Part shown: in pieces, positions 10,948 to 21,269 of the stretch
Position numbering within the stretch: the first letter of the stretch is position 1
Layout: each line of letters opens with the position of its first letter
Source of the DNA: a virus
Length of the DNA: 64,000 nucleotides
Reading direction: 5' to 3' (one strand)
IMG/VR virus record: IMGVR_UViG_3300045988_179398
Coordinates: 60,111-124,110 of that record
Notes under the pieces: generated by a model
Told to the model about the DNA's origin: nothing
Databases searched by the model: none
Seen by the model: only the letters and a program-made list of their open reading frames with translations
Made by a program: the position numbers and the translations under genes

Positions 10948-11227
10948 AGGGTTTCACAATTTATCGGTGGGGCTTTTTGGTTATCGCGGTTGGCATTGGT
11001 ATAAAAATATCGGCGATTTCTGGATTTTGATTAAACGTGTGTTTTTTACCTTAAATCATGGTTACGCGCCGCAGGCATTATGGGAAACCGATAGTTGGTT
11101 TATCGGGGTTATGCGAGAAATTCTAACGGATTATCGTAATAATCGAAATTTTGTCGGTATCAAGTTTGGCATGGTGGCGGCGAATATGATGGGCAAGAAG
11201 TATGTTCGAAACATTATACCCAATTAA
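10919..11227 (+). CDS. hypothetical protein
   Basis: AAGGTGG RBS. Overlaps the primase end. Confidence 0.5.
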   Translation: MAKRKTKKFKGFHNLSVGLFGYRGWHWYKNIGDFWILIKRVFFTLNHGYAPQALWETDSWFIGVMREILTDYRNNRNFVGIKFGMVAANMMGKKYVRNIIPN

Positions 11228-11244
11228 GAAACAAGGGTAAAATT

Positions 11245-11943
11245 TTGGATTCAGCTCCTGCACCACATATTAATGTAGAAGATAGAGTTTGTGATGTTTG
11301 CGGTTCAACACATCATGTGATTTATCATAACGGAAGATACTATTGTTTAAGGCACTATTCGCAAATTAAAAACCTCGGTGGTTTACGCCCGATAACAGTT
11401 TTCGATAGAAATGAATATGATACAGACGGCGATATAACTTATATTTATATTAGAAATGGTAAGAATGAACGCGTCGCCACTTGTAAAATAGATACAGAAG
11501 ATCTTGATGGGATAATTAAGCATAAGTGGAGTTTAGGAACATGGGGCTATGCTTCGACTATGCTTGACGGCAACAGTATAATGATGCAACGTTATGTACT
11601 TGGTGTGTATGACAAAAAAGATATTGTAGATCATATAAATAGGGACCCGCTTGATAATAGAAAGAGTAATTTGAGGATAGTAAATAAATCTTTAAACTCA
11701 ATAAATGCAGGGTTGCGAGCGAATAATGTAAGCGGTGTGACTGGTGTTAGTTGGAGTAATTCATTATCCCATTGGCGTGCTTATATAAATTATGACGGAA
11801 AAAGAATAGAACTAGGATACTTTAATTCATTCGAAGATGCGGTTACCGCTCGTTTAATGGCCGAAAATAAATATTATGCTGGGTTGCAACCCCAAATAGA
11901 ATTATTTGAGAAATACGGAGTTAAAATAGAAAATGGGCAATAA
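11245..11943 (+). CDS. HNH homing endonuclease with AP2 DNA-binding domain
   Basis: N-terminal CDVCG..H zinc motif. DHINRDPLDNRKSNLR HNH core. GVSW..WRAYINYDGKRIELGYF AP2 motif. TTG start. Confidence 0.8.
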   Translation: MDSAPAPHINVEDRVCDVCGSTHHVIYHNGRYYCLRHYSQIKNLGGLRPITVFDRNEYDTDGDITYIYIRNGKNERVATCKIDTEDLDGIIKHKWSLGTWGYASTMLDGNSIMMQRYVLGVYDKKDIVDHINRDPLDNRKSNLRIVNKSLNSINAGLRANNVSGVTGVSWSNSLSHWRAYINYDGKRIELGYFNSFEDAVTARLMAENKYYAGLQPQIELFEKYGVKIENGQ

Positions 11944-14900
11944 AAATTATGTTTGTTATCACCTCCATACCGAAGATAGTCTTCTCGATAGTTGTACAAA
12001 CCATAAACTCTATTCTGACAAAGCAAAAGAGTTGGGGCAAACCGCCATTGGTTTCTCAGAGCACGGAAATTGTTATAACTGGATTGAAAAGAAGGAATAT
12101 TGTGAATCTCTCGGGCTAAAATATATTCACGGCATAGAAATATACCTCACAGAAAATCTCGAACCAAAGGTGCGTGACAACTATCACACCATACTTATTG
12201 CGAAAGACTATGAGGGGGTAAAAACAATCAACTCTCTTTTTAGTTTATCAACCGATGATGCTCATTTTTATTATAAGCCGCGTTTATCGTTTGACGAATT
12301 CAAAAATATATCGTCAGAACATGTGATTAGGATAAGCGCTTGCCTTGCATCGCCACTCAACAAATTGCGTGATGAGAGTCTTATTCAGTATTACGATTAT
12401 TTAGAGGTTCAACCTCACATAAATAGCGAAGTACAGAAAGAGTATAATTTGTGGCTGTGTGATATGGCGCAAAAATATCACAAACCGCTTATCGCTGGAA
12501 CTGATACTCATAGTATCAATCAATATAAAGCCGAGTGCCGTTCGGTTTTGCAGACCGCTAAAAAAATCGAATTTACAAACGAAGATGAATTTGATTTAAC
12601 ATATAAAAGTTATGAAGAGCTTTGCAATATGTTCAAAACTCAGGGTGTATTATCCGAACAAACATATCTTGAAGCGATTGAAAACACCAACGTGATGGCG
12701 GCGTCCATAGAAGAATTTAAACTTGATAAGACATTCAAATACGCAAAATGTTATGAAGACGACGAACTTGAACTTAAACGTAGGTGCAATGAACGATATA
12801 AAGATAAAATTGCTCGTGGGGTTATCAAGCCCAATAAACAATATATCGAAAATGTGAGAGAAGAATTCCGTGTTTTCAAAAAAATTGGTATGCTCGGGTT
12901 TATGTTGTTTATGTCAGACCTTGTAAGTTGGTGTTGGCAAAATGGCATTCCGATTGGCTTTTGTCGTGGGAGTTGTGGGGGATCCACGATTGCATATCTT
13001 ATAGATATTATTGACGTAGATCCCGTAGTCTGGCATACGGTATTCTCACGTTTTGCCAATGAAAACCGTACAGAATTGGGCGATATCGATATCGATATAA
13101 GCCCCACGCAGCGAGAACTTGTTTATAAGCATATAATTGATACTTACGGCGTCGATTATACTGGTTATATACTTGCTATCGGTACAATCTCTGATAAAGG
13201 AACTATCGATGAAATTGGAAGGGCGTTGCAAACTCGTTGGGAACGTTCTGATAAGGGATATTTGAAACTTGTATCTTATTATGAAAATAAAGGACAAAAA
13301 CCCGTAATTGATAATGAGTTTATTCCTTATTACGACGAAAAAAGAAAGGCTGAATTATTACGTAAATATATCGACGATAAGTCGCCGTTCTGCTTAAATC
13401 GTATTGCCCAAATTAAAGACGAATATGACCAAAATCCCGAGGGCACAAAGAAAAAATATCCCGACTTATTTTATTATTTTGACGGATTATTAAATACGGC
13501 AATATCACAATCCATGCATCCCGCTGGAATTATTGTAAGCCCTATAACGTTACAAGATAATTACGGAATGTTCTGGTCTGATGGTAAAAGAATTCTTCAA
13601 ATTAATATGGAAGAATGTCATGAGGTATCACTTAATAAGTACGACTTATTAGGTTTGAAGAACGTTGAAATCATTAAAGATACTTGTATGTTTGCTGGCA
13701 TACCGTATCCAAAATCTTATCAAATCAACTGGGAAGACCAAGCGGTATGGAAAGATATGCTTACTTCTCCCGCAGGAATATTTCAGTTCGAAGGAAAATA
13801 CGCCTTCGATATGTTAAAACAGTTTGTTCCGTCTAAAATAAACCACTTGAGTTTGGTAAACGCCGCCCTTCGCCCGTCGGGCGCTTCGTATCGAGATCGT
13901 CTTATGGCACACGAAATCAATAAAAACCCATCGCCAATTATCGACGATTTGCTTAAAGATAACAATGGTTTTCTTGTTTTCCAAGAAGATACAATTGCTT
14001 TTCTTCAAAAGATTTGTGGATTAAGCGGTGGCGACGCAGATAATGTTCGCCGAGCGATCGGTCGTAAACAAAAAGATAGACTTGATGCAGCTCTTCCTCA
14101 AATACTCGAAGGCTATTGCTCGAAGTCTGATAAACCTCGCGCAGAAGCAGAAAAAGAGGCAAAAGCATTTTTGCAAATTATTGAGGACTCTGCGAATTAT
14201 CAATTTGGATTTAATCATTCCACAGGTTACAGTATGATTGGTTATACTTGTGCATTCTTGCGTTATTATTACCCAACTGAATTTATTGCGGCGTACTTGA
14301 ATAATGCGAACAATGATGACGATATTCAAATGGGGACACAATTGGCAGAATTTAAACATATCCCGATTTTGCCACCTAAATTCAGACATTCAAAAGATGT
14401 TTATGTACCCGATGCAAAAGAGAAAAAGATATACAAAGGGTTGAGTTCGATTAAGTTTTTATCGTCTGATATTGCTTCTCAACTTTACGAAATGCGAGAT
14501 ATGGAATTTGATTCGTTTGTTGATTTTCTTAAGGTTAGTCCTTTGAATTCTAAACAATTGTATATTCTTACGGTTTTAGATTTCTTTTCGGAGTTTGGTG
14601 ATGTTGGCAAACTTCTTACGATCATCGATATTTACAATACTTATTCAGGCAAAAAACTTCTCAAAAAAGAGACCTGCACCATTCCTCGCGAGACGGTTCT
14701 CCAATTCGCAACCGAGACCGAAAAGCAGTATCGCGTAACCGATTCCGCTGCGCTCGTTTCTTACCTCTGCGAGAACGCCAAACCAAAGGAATTCACACTT
14801 TCCGAGCGGTTGGCTTCCGAATTGGAATATTTGGGATATATCAGTTTTAAAGATTCTTCGAAGCGTTTTTGGGGTTATGTCATTGATGTCCCATCTACGA

Positions 14901-15136
14901 AATTTAGCCCTCGTGTAAGTGTTTATGATATATCGACTGGGCAACAAAAAATCATAAAGTGTTATAAAAACGCATTTGCAGAACAGCCATTGAGTAAAGG
15001 AATGGTTATAATATATGCAACTGAATCAAAACAAAAAAGTAGAATGAATCCAGAAACGAAGAAATTCGAAAAAATAAACGGAGAATATGAAGATTGGTTT
15101 CGTTTTTGGACTATAAAAGAGAATCCTTATGCCTAA
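11933..15136 (+). CDS. dnaE: DNA polymerase III alpha subunit (DnaE-type, PHP domain)
   Basis: N-terminal PHP motif HLHTEDSLLDS. GDIDIDI catalytic motif. 1067 aa. Confidence 0.9.
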   Translation: MGNKNYVCYHLHTEDSLLDSCTNHKLYSDKAKELGQTAIGFSEHGNCYNWIEKKEYCESLGLKYIHGIEIYLTENLEPKVRDNYHTILIAKDYEGVKTINSLFSLSTDDAHFYYKPRLSFDEFKNISSEHVIRISACLASPLNKLRDESLIQYYDYLEVQPHINSEVQKEYNLWLCDMAQKYHKPLIAGTDTHSINQYKAECRSVLQTAKKIEFTNEDEFDLTYKSYEELCNMFKTQGVLSEQTYLEAIENTNVMAASIEEFKLDKTFKYAKCYEDDELELKRRCNERYKDKIARGVIKPNKQYIENVREEFRVFKKIGMLGFMLFMSDLVSWCWQNGIPIGFCRGSCGGSTIAYLIDIIDVDPVVWHTVFSRFANENRTELGDIDIDISPTQRELVYKHIIDTYGVDYTGYILAIGTISDKGTIDEIGRALQTRWERSDKGYLKLVSYYENKGQKPVIDNEFIPYYDEKRKAELLRKYIDDKSPFCLNRIAQIKDEYDQNPEGTKKKYPDLFYYFDGLLNTAISQSMHPAGIIVSPITLQDNYGMFWSDGKRILQINMEECHEVSLNKYDLLGLKNVEIIKDTCMFAGIPYPKSYQINWEDQAVWKDMLTSPAGIFQFEGKYAFDMLKQFVPSKINHLSLVNAALRPSGASYRDRLMAHEINKNPSPIIDDLLKDNNGFLVFQEDTIAFLQKICGLSGGDADNVRRAIGRKQKDRLDAALPQILEGYCSKSDKPRAEAEKEAKAFLQIIEDSANYQFGFNHSTGYSMIGYTCAFLRYYYPTEFIAAYLNNANNDDDIQMGTQLAEFKHIPILPPKFRHSKDVYVPDAKEKKIYKGLSSIKFLSSDIASQLYEMRDMEFDSFVDFLKVSPLNSKQLYILTVLDFFSEFGDVGKLLTIIDIYNTYSGKKLLKKETCTIPRETVLQFATETEKQYRVTDSAALVSYLCENAKPKEFTLSERLASELEYLGYISFKDSSKRFWGYVIDVPSTKFSPRVSVYDISTGQQKIIKCYKNAFAEQPLSKGMVIIYATESKQKSRMNPETKKFEKINGEYEDWFRFWTIKENPYA

Positions 15137-16751
15137 AGCAAAAACAGAACAAGAATATAAAAATGAAATAGTGAAATTTAATGTAGAGCTTTTAGAGCCG
15201 TATAAAAATAACCATACGGCTCTAAGACATAGATGCTTGTCTTGTGGAAATGAATGGATGATTACACCGCACAACATTTTAAGTGGGCACGGTTGCCCAA
15301 AATGTTCGCATAAAAAATCGAAAGAAGAAATGGAAATGCTCAAAAATAATTTCATAAATTCTCTTTCTGAACAGAAGAGACAGACTATAGAATTAATGGA
15401 AGAATTTAAAGGCGTTGAACATCCAATTCTTTTTAGATGTAAAATATGTGGGAACACATGGAAACGGCGCCCGCTTGAAATTAAAAGCAGAAAATATCCA
15501 TGTATACATTGCGAATTAAATAGACGCAAACAATTAAGACAGAAAACAAAACAAGATAACAAAAAGATAAATGAAAAAAGATTAGAGGAAAAATTAAAGG
15601 AAAGGGCAATTGCTGCCGAACAAAAATTTATTAAAAGGATATCGACTTTAAATCCCAATGTAGAGTATATAAGTGATTTTCAATTGGGAGCCAAGAAAGC
15701 TAAATTTAAATGTAAAACGTGCGGATATATTTGGTGTGCTTTGAAGGGTAATATTTTAAAAGGAAGCGGATGCCCAAAATGTAAGAAAAGATACAAATTG
15801 ACTACTGAGGAATATGCCGAAAAAATTAAAAATTCGAACATAACACCCATAGAAGATTTTATTGGTCGTCATACGAAAATTAAATATCGTTGTGGTGTTT
15901 GTGGGTATGAATGGAGTGCTTATCCTGGTAATATTTTAAAAGGGAGTTGCTGTCCAGTGTGCAGGAAAGCTAATGCAAAGAACTCAAAACTAAAATCGCA
16001 CGAAAAATATGTTCAAGATGCGAGTCAAAAAAATAGTACAGTCGATGTGATCGGAACGTATGTTAACACCAAAACAAAAATTTTACATCGATGCAAGATA
16101 TGCGGTAAGGAATTTTATATAGCACCAAGCAGCGTTTTGCGTGGGTGTGGTTGTAAAGAGTGTGGATATAAGCGGGTTATTCAGAAAAAAATAGATTTGA
16201 ATTTACCTGGATGCCCGAAACCGAAAGAAAAGTATATTGAACAATTAGCGATTAAAAACCCAAGCGTGAAGCTGGTTGGAGATTATACAAAACAAAGTGC
16301 CTATGCAACCTTTCGATGTATTAAATGTGGACATATATGGAGCGCGTTGGCAGGGAATGTTTTAGGGGGTTGTGGATGCCCAAAATGTAATGTCTCTAAA
16401 GGAGAAGAAAAGATCAAAGCATATTTATCTTTGAAAAATATTAGTTTTGAAGTACAAAAAACATTCAACGGTTGCCAAAAGAAACGATTAATGAAGTTTG
16501 ATTTTTATCTTCCAGATTATAATTTGTGTATAGAGTACGACGGGGAGCAACATTTTAAACCATTAAAGCATTTTGGTGGTGAAAAAGACTTGACAGAAAG
16601 GCAAGAAAATGATAAAATAAAAACAAACTATTGTTTAGAAAATAAAATTTCATTATTGCGCATTCGATATGATGAGGATATTGAACAGGCTCTAGATTTA
16701 TTTTTTCTAAATTCTAATATTAAAGAACTTCCGCCGAAGGAGACAAAATAA
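15129..16751 (+). CDS. six-fold zinc-ribbon repeat protein with C-terminal Vsr/DUF559-like endonuclease fold
   Basis: Six repeats of C-x2-CG-x-W...IL-G-x-GCP-x-C. C-terminus FDFYLPDYNLCIEYDGEQHF...LLRIRYDE. Confidence 0.65.
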   Translation: MPKAKTEQEYKNEIVKFNVELLEPYKNNHTALRHRCLSCGNEWMITPHNILSGHGCPKCSHKKSKEEMEMLKNNFINSLSEQKRQTIELMEEFKGVEHPILFRCKICGNTWKRRPLEIKSRKYPCIHCELNRRKQLRQKTKQDNKKINEKRLEEKLKERAIAAEQKFIKRISTLNPNVEYISDFQLGAKKAKFKCKTCGYIWCALKGNILKGSGCPKCKKRYKLTTEEYAEKIKNSNITPIEDFIGRHTKIKYRCGVCGYEWSAYPGNILKGSCCPVCRKANAKNSKLKSHEKYVQDASQKNSTVDVIGTYVNTKTKILHRCKICGKEFYIAPSSVLRGCGCKECGYKRVIQKKIDLNLPGCPKPKEKYIEQLAIKNPSVKLVGDYTKQSAYATFRCIKCGHIWSALAGNVLGGCGCPKCNVSKGEEKIKAYLSLKNISFEVQKTFNGCQKKRLMKFDFYLPDYNLCIEYDGEQHFKPLKHFGGEKDLTERQENDKIKTNYCLENKISLLRIRYDEDIEQALDLFFLNSNIKELPPKETK

Positions 16752-17761
16752 TGGCAGTTAAAAAACCAACAAGATTTTCATATAGCAGATTAAACCAAAT
16801 GGAGAATTGTCCGTTTGCTTATTACTTAAAATACGAGCAAAAACACTTCCCTAAAGACAGTGCTTTAACGATGGAATACGGCAATTTGTGCCATTATATT
16901 CTCGAAACAATTGGTAATTGTATAAAAGACGGCAAAGAAATTCCATACGAAAAACTTACCGAAGACTTTTGGAACATCGAATTACACACCCAAGAAAACG
17001 GGAAGAAAAAAGAAGATATCCTCGGGGCTAATCTTCTCGCCGAGAAATATCCAGAAGCGTGGGTAAAGCCCAGCCGCGCAGGGAAAACTTACGCAGAAAA
17101 GGCGAAATACTTCGCGGCGATTGGAATGTATCGTTTGGAATGGTATATGCAAGACCACCCCGAACTTGAAATCGTTGGTTGCGAAGTTCCATTCGAGTTT
17201 AAATATAACGATAATTACGCCTTTTTCGGATATATTGACCGTTTGCTTAAAGTTAAAGGGCAAAATAAATTCGTAATTCACGACATAAAAACCAAAGACA
17301 AAGAATTCCGAAAAGAAGATTTGGCGACACCGTTACAGTTCGTGATTTACGTTTTATCGCAGCAAAAGGTTTATGGCGAGGACGCGGAGTTTGAATGTTG
17401 CTACGATTTGCCTTTCGCAGGGGAAGATGGCGTTTGGCAATCGGCATTGACAAAGGGCGGAATGAAGCGCGGGCTTGCAAAAATCGACAAACTTTTTGCG
17501 AAAATCGAAAACAAAGAGTGGAAGCCGTCGCCGAGCATTTTGTGTGCTTGGTGCCCGTTTAGCGCAAACAACCCCGATCAGCCCGAAGATTGTAAGGATT
17601 TGTGTTGTTATTATAACCTTTCCACGCAAGACGAGTTCGATACTTATCACGTTAAGATGGAATGGAAGGGAATGGACAAGCATTTCATCCAGATGAAGAA
17701 ATTCACGGCGTTGCAAGCGATTGATGAAGCGGTTGACGATGATGATCTCGAGATTTTATGA
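16751..17761 (+). CDS. PD-(D/E)XK exonuclease, Cas4/RecB-like with C-terminal Cys cluster
   Basis: GYIDRL...VIHDIKT nuclease motif. CAWCPF...C..LCC cysteines. Confidence 0.7.
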   Translation: MAVKKPTRFSYSRLNQMENCPFAYYLKYEQKHFPKDSALTMEYGNLCHYILETIGNCIKDGKEIPYEKLTEDFWNIELHTQENGKKKEDILGANLLAEKYPEAWVKPSRAGKTYAEKAKYFAAIGMYRLEWYMQDHPELEIVGCEVPFEFKYNDNYAFFGYIDRLLKVKGQNKFVIHDIKTKDKEFRKEDLATPLQFVIYVLSQQKVYGEDAEFECCYDLPFAGEDGVWQSALTKGGMKRGLAKIDKLFAKIENKEWKPSPSILCAWCPFSANNPDQPEDCKDLCCYYNLSTQDEFDTYHVKMEWKGMDKHFIQMKKFTALQAIDEAVDDDDLEIL

Positions 17762-18006
17762 CAAAAATTGATTATAAGAAAGTGAAGTGCCCGAAATCGT
17801 ATTTTCGCGTAAAAGAAAACAAAGGTCTCGATATGTCTCTTGTTTTCATAACAAAACCCGACCCGATAAACGCGCCGCAGATTTTCGTAAAACTTACCGA
17901 ATCAAAAGCGAAAGAGTTGGCAGAACTTTTCGAAAGGACGAACGAGAAGAATGACGGGCTGAGAATTACGATAGAAATTTTTAAAATGAGCGACGAAAAC
18001 GCTTGA
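17758..18006 (+). CDS. hypothetical protein
   Basis: Start overlaps the upstream stop (translational coupling). Confidence 0.5.
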   Translation: MTKIDYKKVKCPKSYFRVKENKGLDMSLVFITKPDPINAPQIFVKLTESKAKELAELFERTNEKNDGLRITIEIFKMSDENA

Positions 18007-18031
18007 CATTCGCCTTCGATTATGTTATAAT
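18003..18031 (+). promoter_or_regulatory. sigma-70-type promoter P2
   Basis: AAAACGCTTGACA, 17 nt, TGTTATAAT. Confidence 0.75.
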
Positions 18032-18054
18032 AAACGCGTAATCGGAGGTTTGTT

Positions 18055-18309
18055 ATGGAAAGAATAGAACCGACACATAAAGAAATAATGGCAGAATTGG
18101 ATTGTTGTTATTACAGTCGCTGGCATAAAGGCATTTGCGAGTGTAAAAGCCCGAACCAATTCAAGAGTTGTTACGAGGCGGCGAAAAAGCGACTGACAAG
18201 AACAGTTTTAACCGAAGAAGAGATAAAGAAAGGGCAGGAAGCAAACGCTAAGGCAATGTTGGATATAGAAAGAGCGTTAGCAATATTGAGCGGGGATATA
18301 GAAAAATGA
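18055..18309 (+). CDS. hypothetical protein
   Basis: GGAGG RBS. Confidence 0.6.
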   Translation: MERIEPTHKEIMAELDCCYYSRWHKGICECKSPNQFKSCYEAAKKRLTRTVLTEEEIKKGQEANAKAMLDIERALAILSGDIEK

Positions 18310-18725
18310 AACAACCGAGTAAATTCAAAAAATGGTTTTTAGGTCTTTTTGGCGGCGTGCCGAAGAGCGATTACGATATTATCGCTGAGCAATACGATTT
18401 CGTCGCTGAGCAAAGAGATAATTTTATCGGCATTTTGAAAATCAACGATTCACAGATTAAAAGTCTGGAACGAGAAAACGAACTCCTCAAAAAACAAATC
18501 GCCCACGACCCGATGGCGCCCGTTAGAATCGTGACGAAAAACGTTAAACTCAAAGAAATCAAAAAGGTCGAGTCAATCGGCTCGATGCCGTTAGAACAAA
18601 CCGAGCTTTGTTTGCGCGACGCGGTTTTGATGGAAGCCGCGCCGTTTGTAAAAATCGAGTATCAACCGTATCAGATGACGATGACCGCGACGTTGCTGCT
18701 TGCGGAGGTAGAAGAATGTGGGTGA
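18306..18725 (+). CDS. hypothetical protein
   Basis: ATGA overlap with the upstream gene. Confidence 0.55.
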   Translation: MKQPSKFKKWFLGLFGGVPKSDYDIIAEQYDFVAEQRDNFIGILKINDSQIKSLERENELLKKQIAHDPMAPVRIVTKNVKLKEIKKVESIGSMPLEQTELCLRDAVLMEAAPFVKIEYQPYQMTMTATLLLAEVEECG

Positions 18726-18895
18726 CAGATATATTGCATATATTGGAAACATACACCGAATCGTTGAAGAGTTATTTACGTGAGGCGGGATACGAAGAGT
18801 GGTTGCAGGAAGGAACTTGTCGATTAGAGAATATCGAAGAGGCAATTGACATGATAGCCGAAGATTATTTTAAGGATGAGCTGAATCGTGATTAA
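18716..18895 (+). CDS. hypothetical protein (59 aa)
   Basis: GGAGG RBS before ATG 18716. The listed ORF start at 18608 lies inside the upstream gene. Confidence 0.5.
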   Translation: MWVTDILHILETYTESLKSYLREAGYEEWLQEGTCRLENIEEAIDMIAEDYFKDELNRD

Positions 18896-19550
18896 ATTTC
18901 AAAAACCGTTATCGGAAATCGATTATATAATTAGCTTCGACCTCGCGCTTTACAAAACAGGCGTCTCGATTTACGACATTTCTCAAAAGTCAATCGTCCG
19001 AACCGACAAAATCGAAGTCTCGCACACCGATGAAACGCCCGTCGCGACGCTTTATACAAAACTCAAAGAATACCTGACCTCGGCAGTCGAGAAATACGGC
19101 AATTTGCTGATGATCGTCAAAGAGGCGATGCCCGCGCAAGCAGGTCGATTCACGACCATCGCGACGCTCCAAACGCTCGCAAAGGCGCACGCGGCGCTCG
19201 ACATCGCGGTTGCGAAGGTGGACGGAGTAGATTTTTACGACGACGTGGGCGTTCACGCGGTCTCGGTCAAAGCGCTTTTCAAAACCGACGAAACGCCGAA
19301 GCCGACGAAGACCGACATCAAAAAAGCAGTTTGCGCCCATTATGGGCTGAAAGCGGGCGATTTGACGGACGATGAAAGCGATTCGGTCGCGGTGATTTAC
19401 ACGCTCATAAAGAAGAAGTGGAACGCGGATTTGAAGGACGAGATAAAGCGCGTTAAAAAAGAGATGAAAGGCTTAAAACAAGAACGAGCAATCGCCGCTC
19501 ACGAGAAGAGAATCGAGGAATTACAGGCGATGATTTTGGAGGTAGAATAA
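18888..19550 (+). CDS. RuvC-like Holliday junction resolvase
   Basis: ISFDLALYKTGVS (first catalytic Asp) and DESDSVAVIY C-terminal acidic motif. GTG start. Confidence 0.55.
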   Translation: MIKFQKPLSEIDYIISFDLALYKTGVSIYDISQKSIVRTDKIEVSHTDETPVATLYTKLKEYLTSAVEKYGNLLMIVKEAMPAQAGRFTTIATLQTLAKAHAALDIAVAKVDGVDFYDDVGVHAVSVKALFKTDETPKPTKTDIKKAVCAHYGLKAGDLTDDESDSVAVIYTLIKKKWNADLKDEIKRVKKEMKGLKQERAIAAHEKRIEELQAMILEVE

Positions 19551-20113
19551 TGGGAATGAATACGGGAGTTCTAACGAGCAACCGAACAATCGAAGGTGAC
19601 GAGCAATACACTCCTTTCTATGCATGCGAACCGATTGTGAAATACGTTCCAAAGAATTGGACGATTTGGTGCCCGTGTGACGAAGAATGGTCGGCTTATG
19701 TGCAGTTATTTAGAGAGCGCGGCTATAAAGTGATTTTGAGTTCTTTATCTGGTGGAAAAGATTTCTTGAAATATGAACCTGACGAACATTATGACGTTAT
19801 AATTACCAATTTACCGTTTTCATTAAAAACCAAAATGCTTAAAAGACTCGATGAGCTTGGAAAGCCATTCGCGGTTTTGTTGCCGTTAAACAGCTTACAG
19901 GGGCAAGATAGGTTTGAGGTTTTCAGTCACGGGATTCAGTTACTCGCGTTCGATAAAAGAATCGGGTTCCACTCGCCGAAAAGTATGAATAAGACAGTTG
20001 AAGGCTCACCGTTCGCAAGTGCGTATTTTTGTAGAGAAGTTTTACCGAGAGATTTGATTTTGGAAGAGTTGGTAAAATACGAAAGACCGCTAATAAAGGA
20101 GAAGACATTATGA
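19550..20113 (+). CDS. short EcoRI-methylase-family homolog with degenerate motif IV (NLPF)
   Basis: DEQYTPFY...IWCPCDEEWS and DVIITNLPFS parallel DEFYTRF...YCNCDDPEES and DVVVTNPPFS of the 62815-63747 gene. Confidence 0.45.
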   Translation: MGMNTGVLTSNRTIEGDEQYTPFYACEPIVKYVPKNWTIWCPCDEEWSAYVQLFRERGYKVILSSLSGGKDFLKYEPDEHYDVIITNLPFSLKTKMLKRLDELGKPFAVLLPLNSLQGQDRFEVFSHGIQLLAFDKRIGFHSPKSMNKTVEGSPFASAYFCREVLPRDLILEELVKYERPLIKEKTL

Positions 20114-20559
20114 AGTGTATAGACGAATATTACGCATCATACCATTTATCTGTTGAAGAACTTAACAATATTAACGTCCATCTCGCTAGTGGGCTCGTTA
20201 AAATCGATGGTTTAAAAAAGGGGAGCGGTCAAGCGAGGTTTTGGTGCAAAGATGGTTTTATAATTGTTATGTGCCATCATCAAGATTGTTGCGAAGGCGT
20301 ATGGATTGAAGATGTTGACAGCGAAGAAAACAATAGCGATATATACACAGATTGCAAATGGTGTAAATTAGAAGAAGTAATCTCTGACAATAATCCCCCA
20401 TTAGACAAATGGGACGAAAGTTATACTTGGACTTTTTATAAGATAACCACAAATAAAGGGTATGATACCATTCGTTGGTATGGCACATCAAATGGTTATT
20501 ATAGCGAGTCTGTTGATTTTGAACTCTGGCAGTATGAAGATTACGATCTCGTAGAATAA
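20110..20559 (+). CDS. hypothetical protein
   Basis: AAGGAG RBS. ATGA overlap. Confidence 0.55.
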   Translation: MKCIDEYYASYHLSVEELNNINVHLASGLVKIDGLKKGSGQARFWCKDGFIIVMCHHQDCCEGVWIEDVDSEENNSDIYTDCKWCKLEEVISDNNPPLDKWDESYTWTFYKITTNKGYDTIRWYGTSNGYYSESVDFELWQYEDYDLVE

Positions 20560-20606
20560 AAGACCAGTTTTATTACACGATTTTTTTAAAAACTTCGTTC
20601 AAACGC

Positions 20607-20635
20607 TTGACAATGTGGGGGTGTTGTGGTATAAT
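20607..20635 (+). promoter_or_regulatory. sigma-70-type promoter P3
   Basis: AAACGCTTGACA, 17 nt, TGGTATAAT. Confidence 0.75.
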
Positions 20636-20658
20636 AAAGCCACAATCGGAGGTGGATT

Positions 20659-20859
20659 ATGAAAAGACTTAACGCGAAAGGTATGGAAAAACTCAACGAA
20701 ATCTCGACCAAATATCGTTTTAAATCGACGTTCGAGATAGAGCAAGAAGAAGTTTACGATTTTTGCAACGACATTTTAAAAGCAGCTTATCTCGGGCTCG
20801 ATCTCGACCCCGAAGATTTAAACTGGATTACCGAAGTTAGAGACGCGATGTGCGAGTAA
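20659..20859 (+). CDS. hypothetical protein
   Basis: GGAGG RBS. Confidence 0.6.
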   Translation: MKRLNAKGMEKLNEISTKYRFKSTFEIEQEEVYDFCNDILKAAYLGLDLDPEDLNWITEVRDAMCE

Positions 20860-20869
20860 GGAGCAGATT

Positions 20870-21268
20870 ATGAGAACAAAAAATAAAGACATTTTAATGA
20901 TTTGTAAGTTGTGGTTTATAACAAAAGACAGTTGTTACGACCGAGAATCTGCATTGTGTGATTATCTTAAATCGCGTATAATGTGTCCTGAAATTACCGA
21001 CGAAAGTATATTACATCACTTAACAGCGGCGGTTGGAGAATTTGTGGATAAACCTACATTGCTTATGACGATGAAGGATTTTGCGACAGACGAATTCCAT
21101 CAGATAGACAACCCCGTGAGGTTTTTGATAAGAACTTATATATCGATGTTGTGCGATGTCAGCATTGAAAACATCGATATAAGTGATTACGACAAAATTC
21201 GCGAATATATAACCAAAAACAAAACAGACAGAACGGTTCCCCAATGGTGGAACGCAACAATATTGTAA
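20870..21268 (+). CDS. hypothetical protein
   Basis: AAGGAG RBS. Confidence 0.55.
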   Translation: MRTKNKDILMICKLWFITKDSCYDRESALCDYLKSRIMCPEITDESILHHLTAAVGEFVDKPTLLMTMKDFATDEFHQIDNPVRFLIRTYISMLCDVSIENIDISDYDKIREYITKNKTDRTVPQWWNATIL

Positions 21269-21269
21269 T

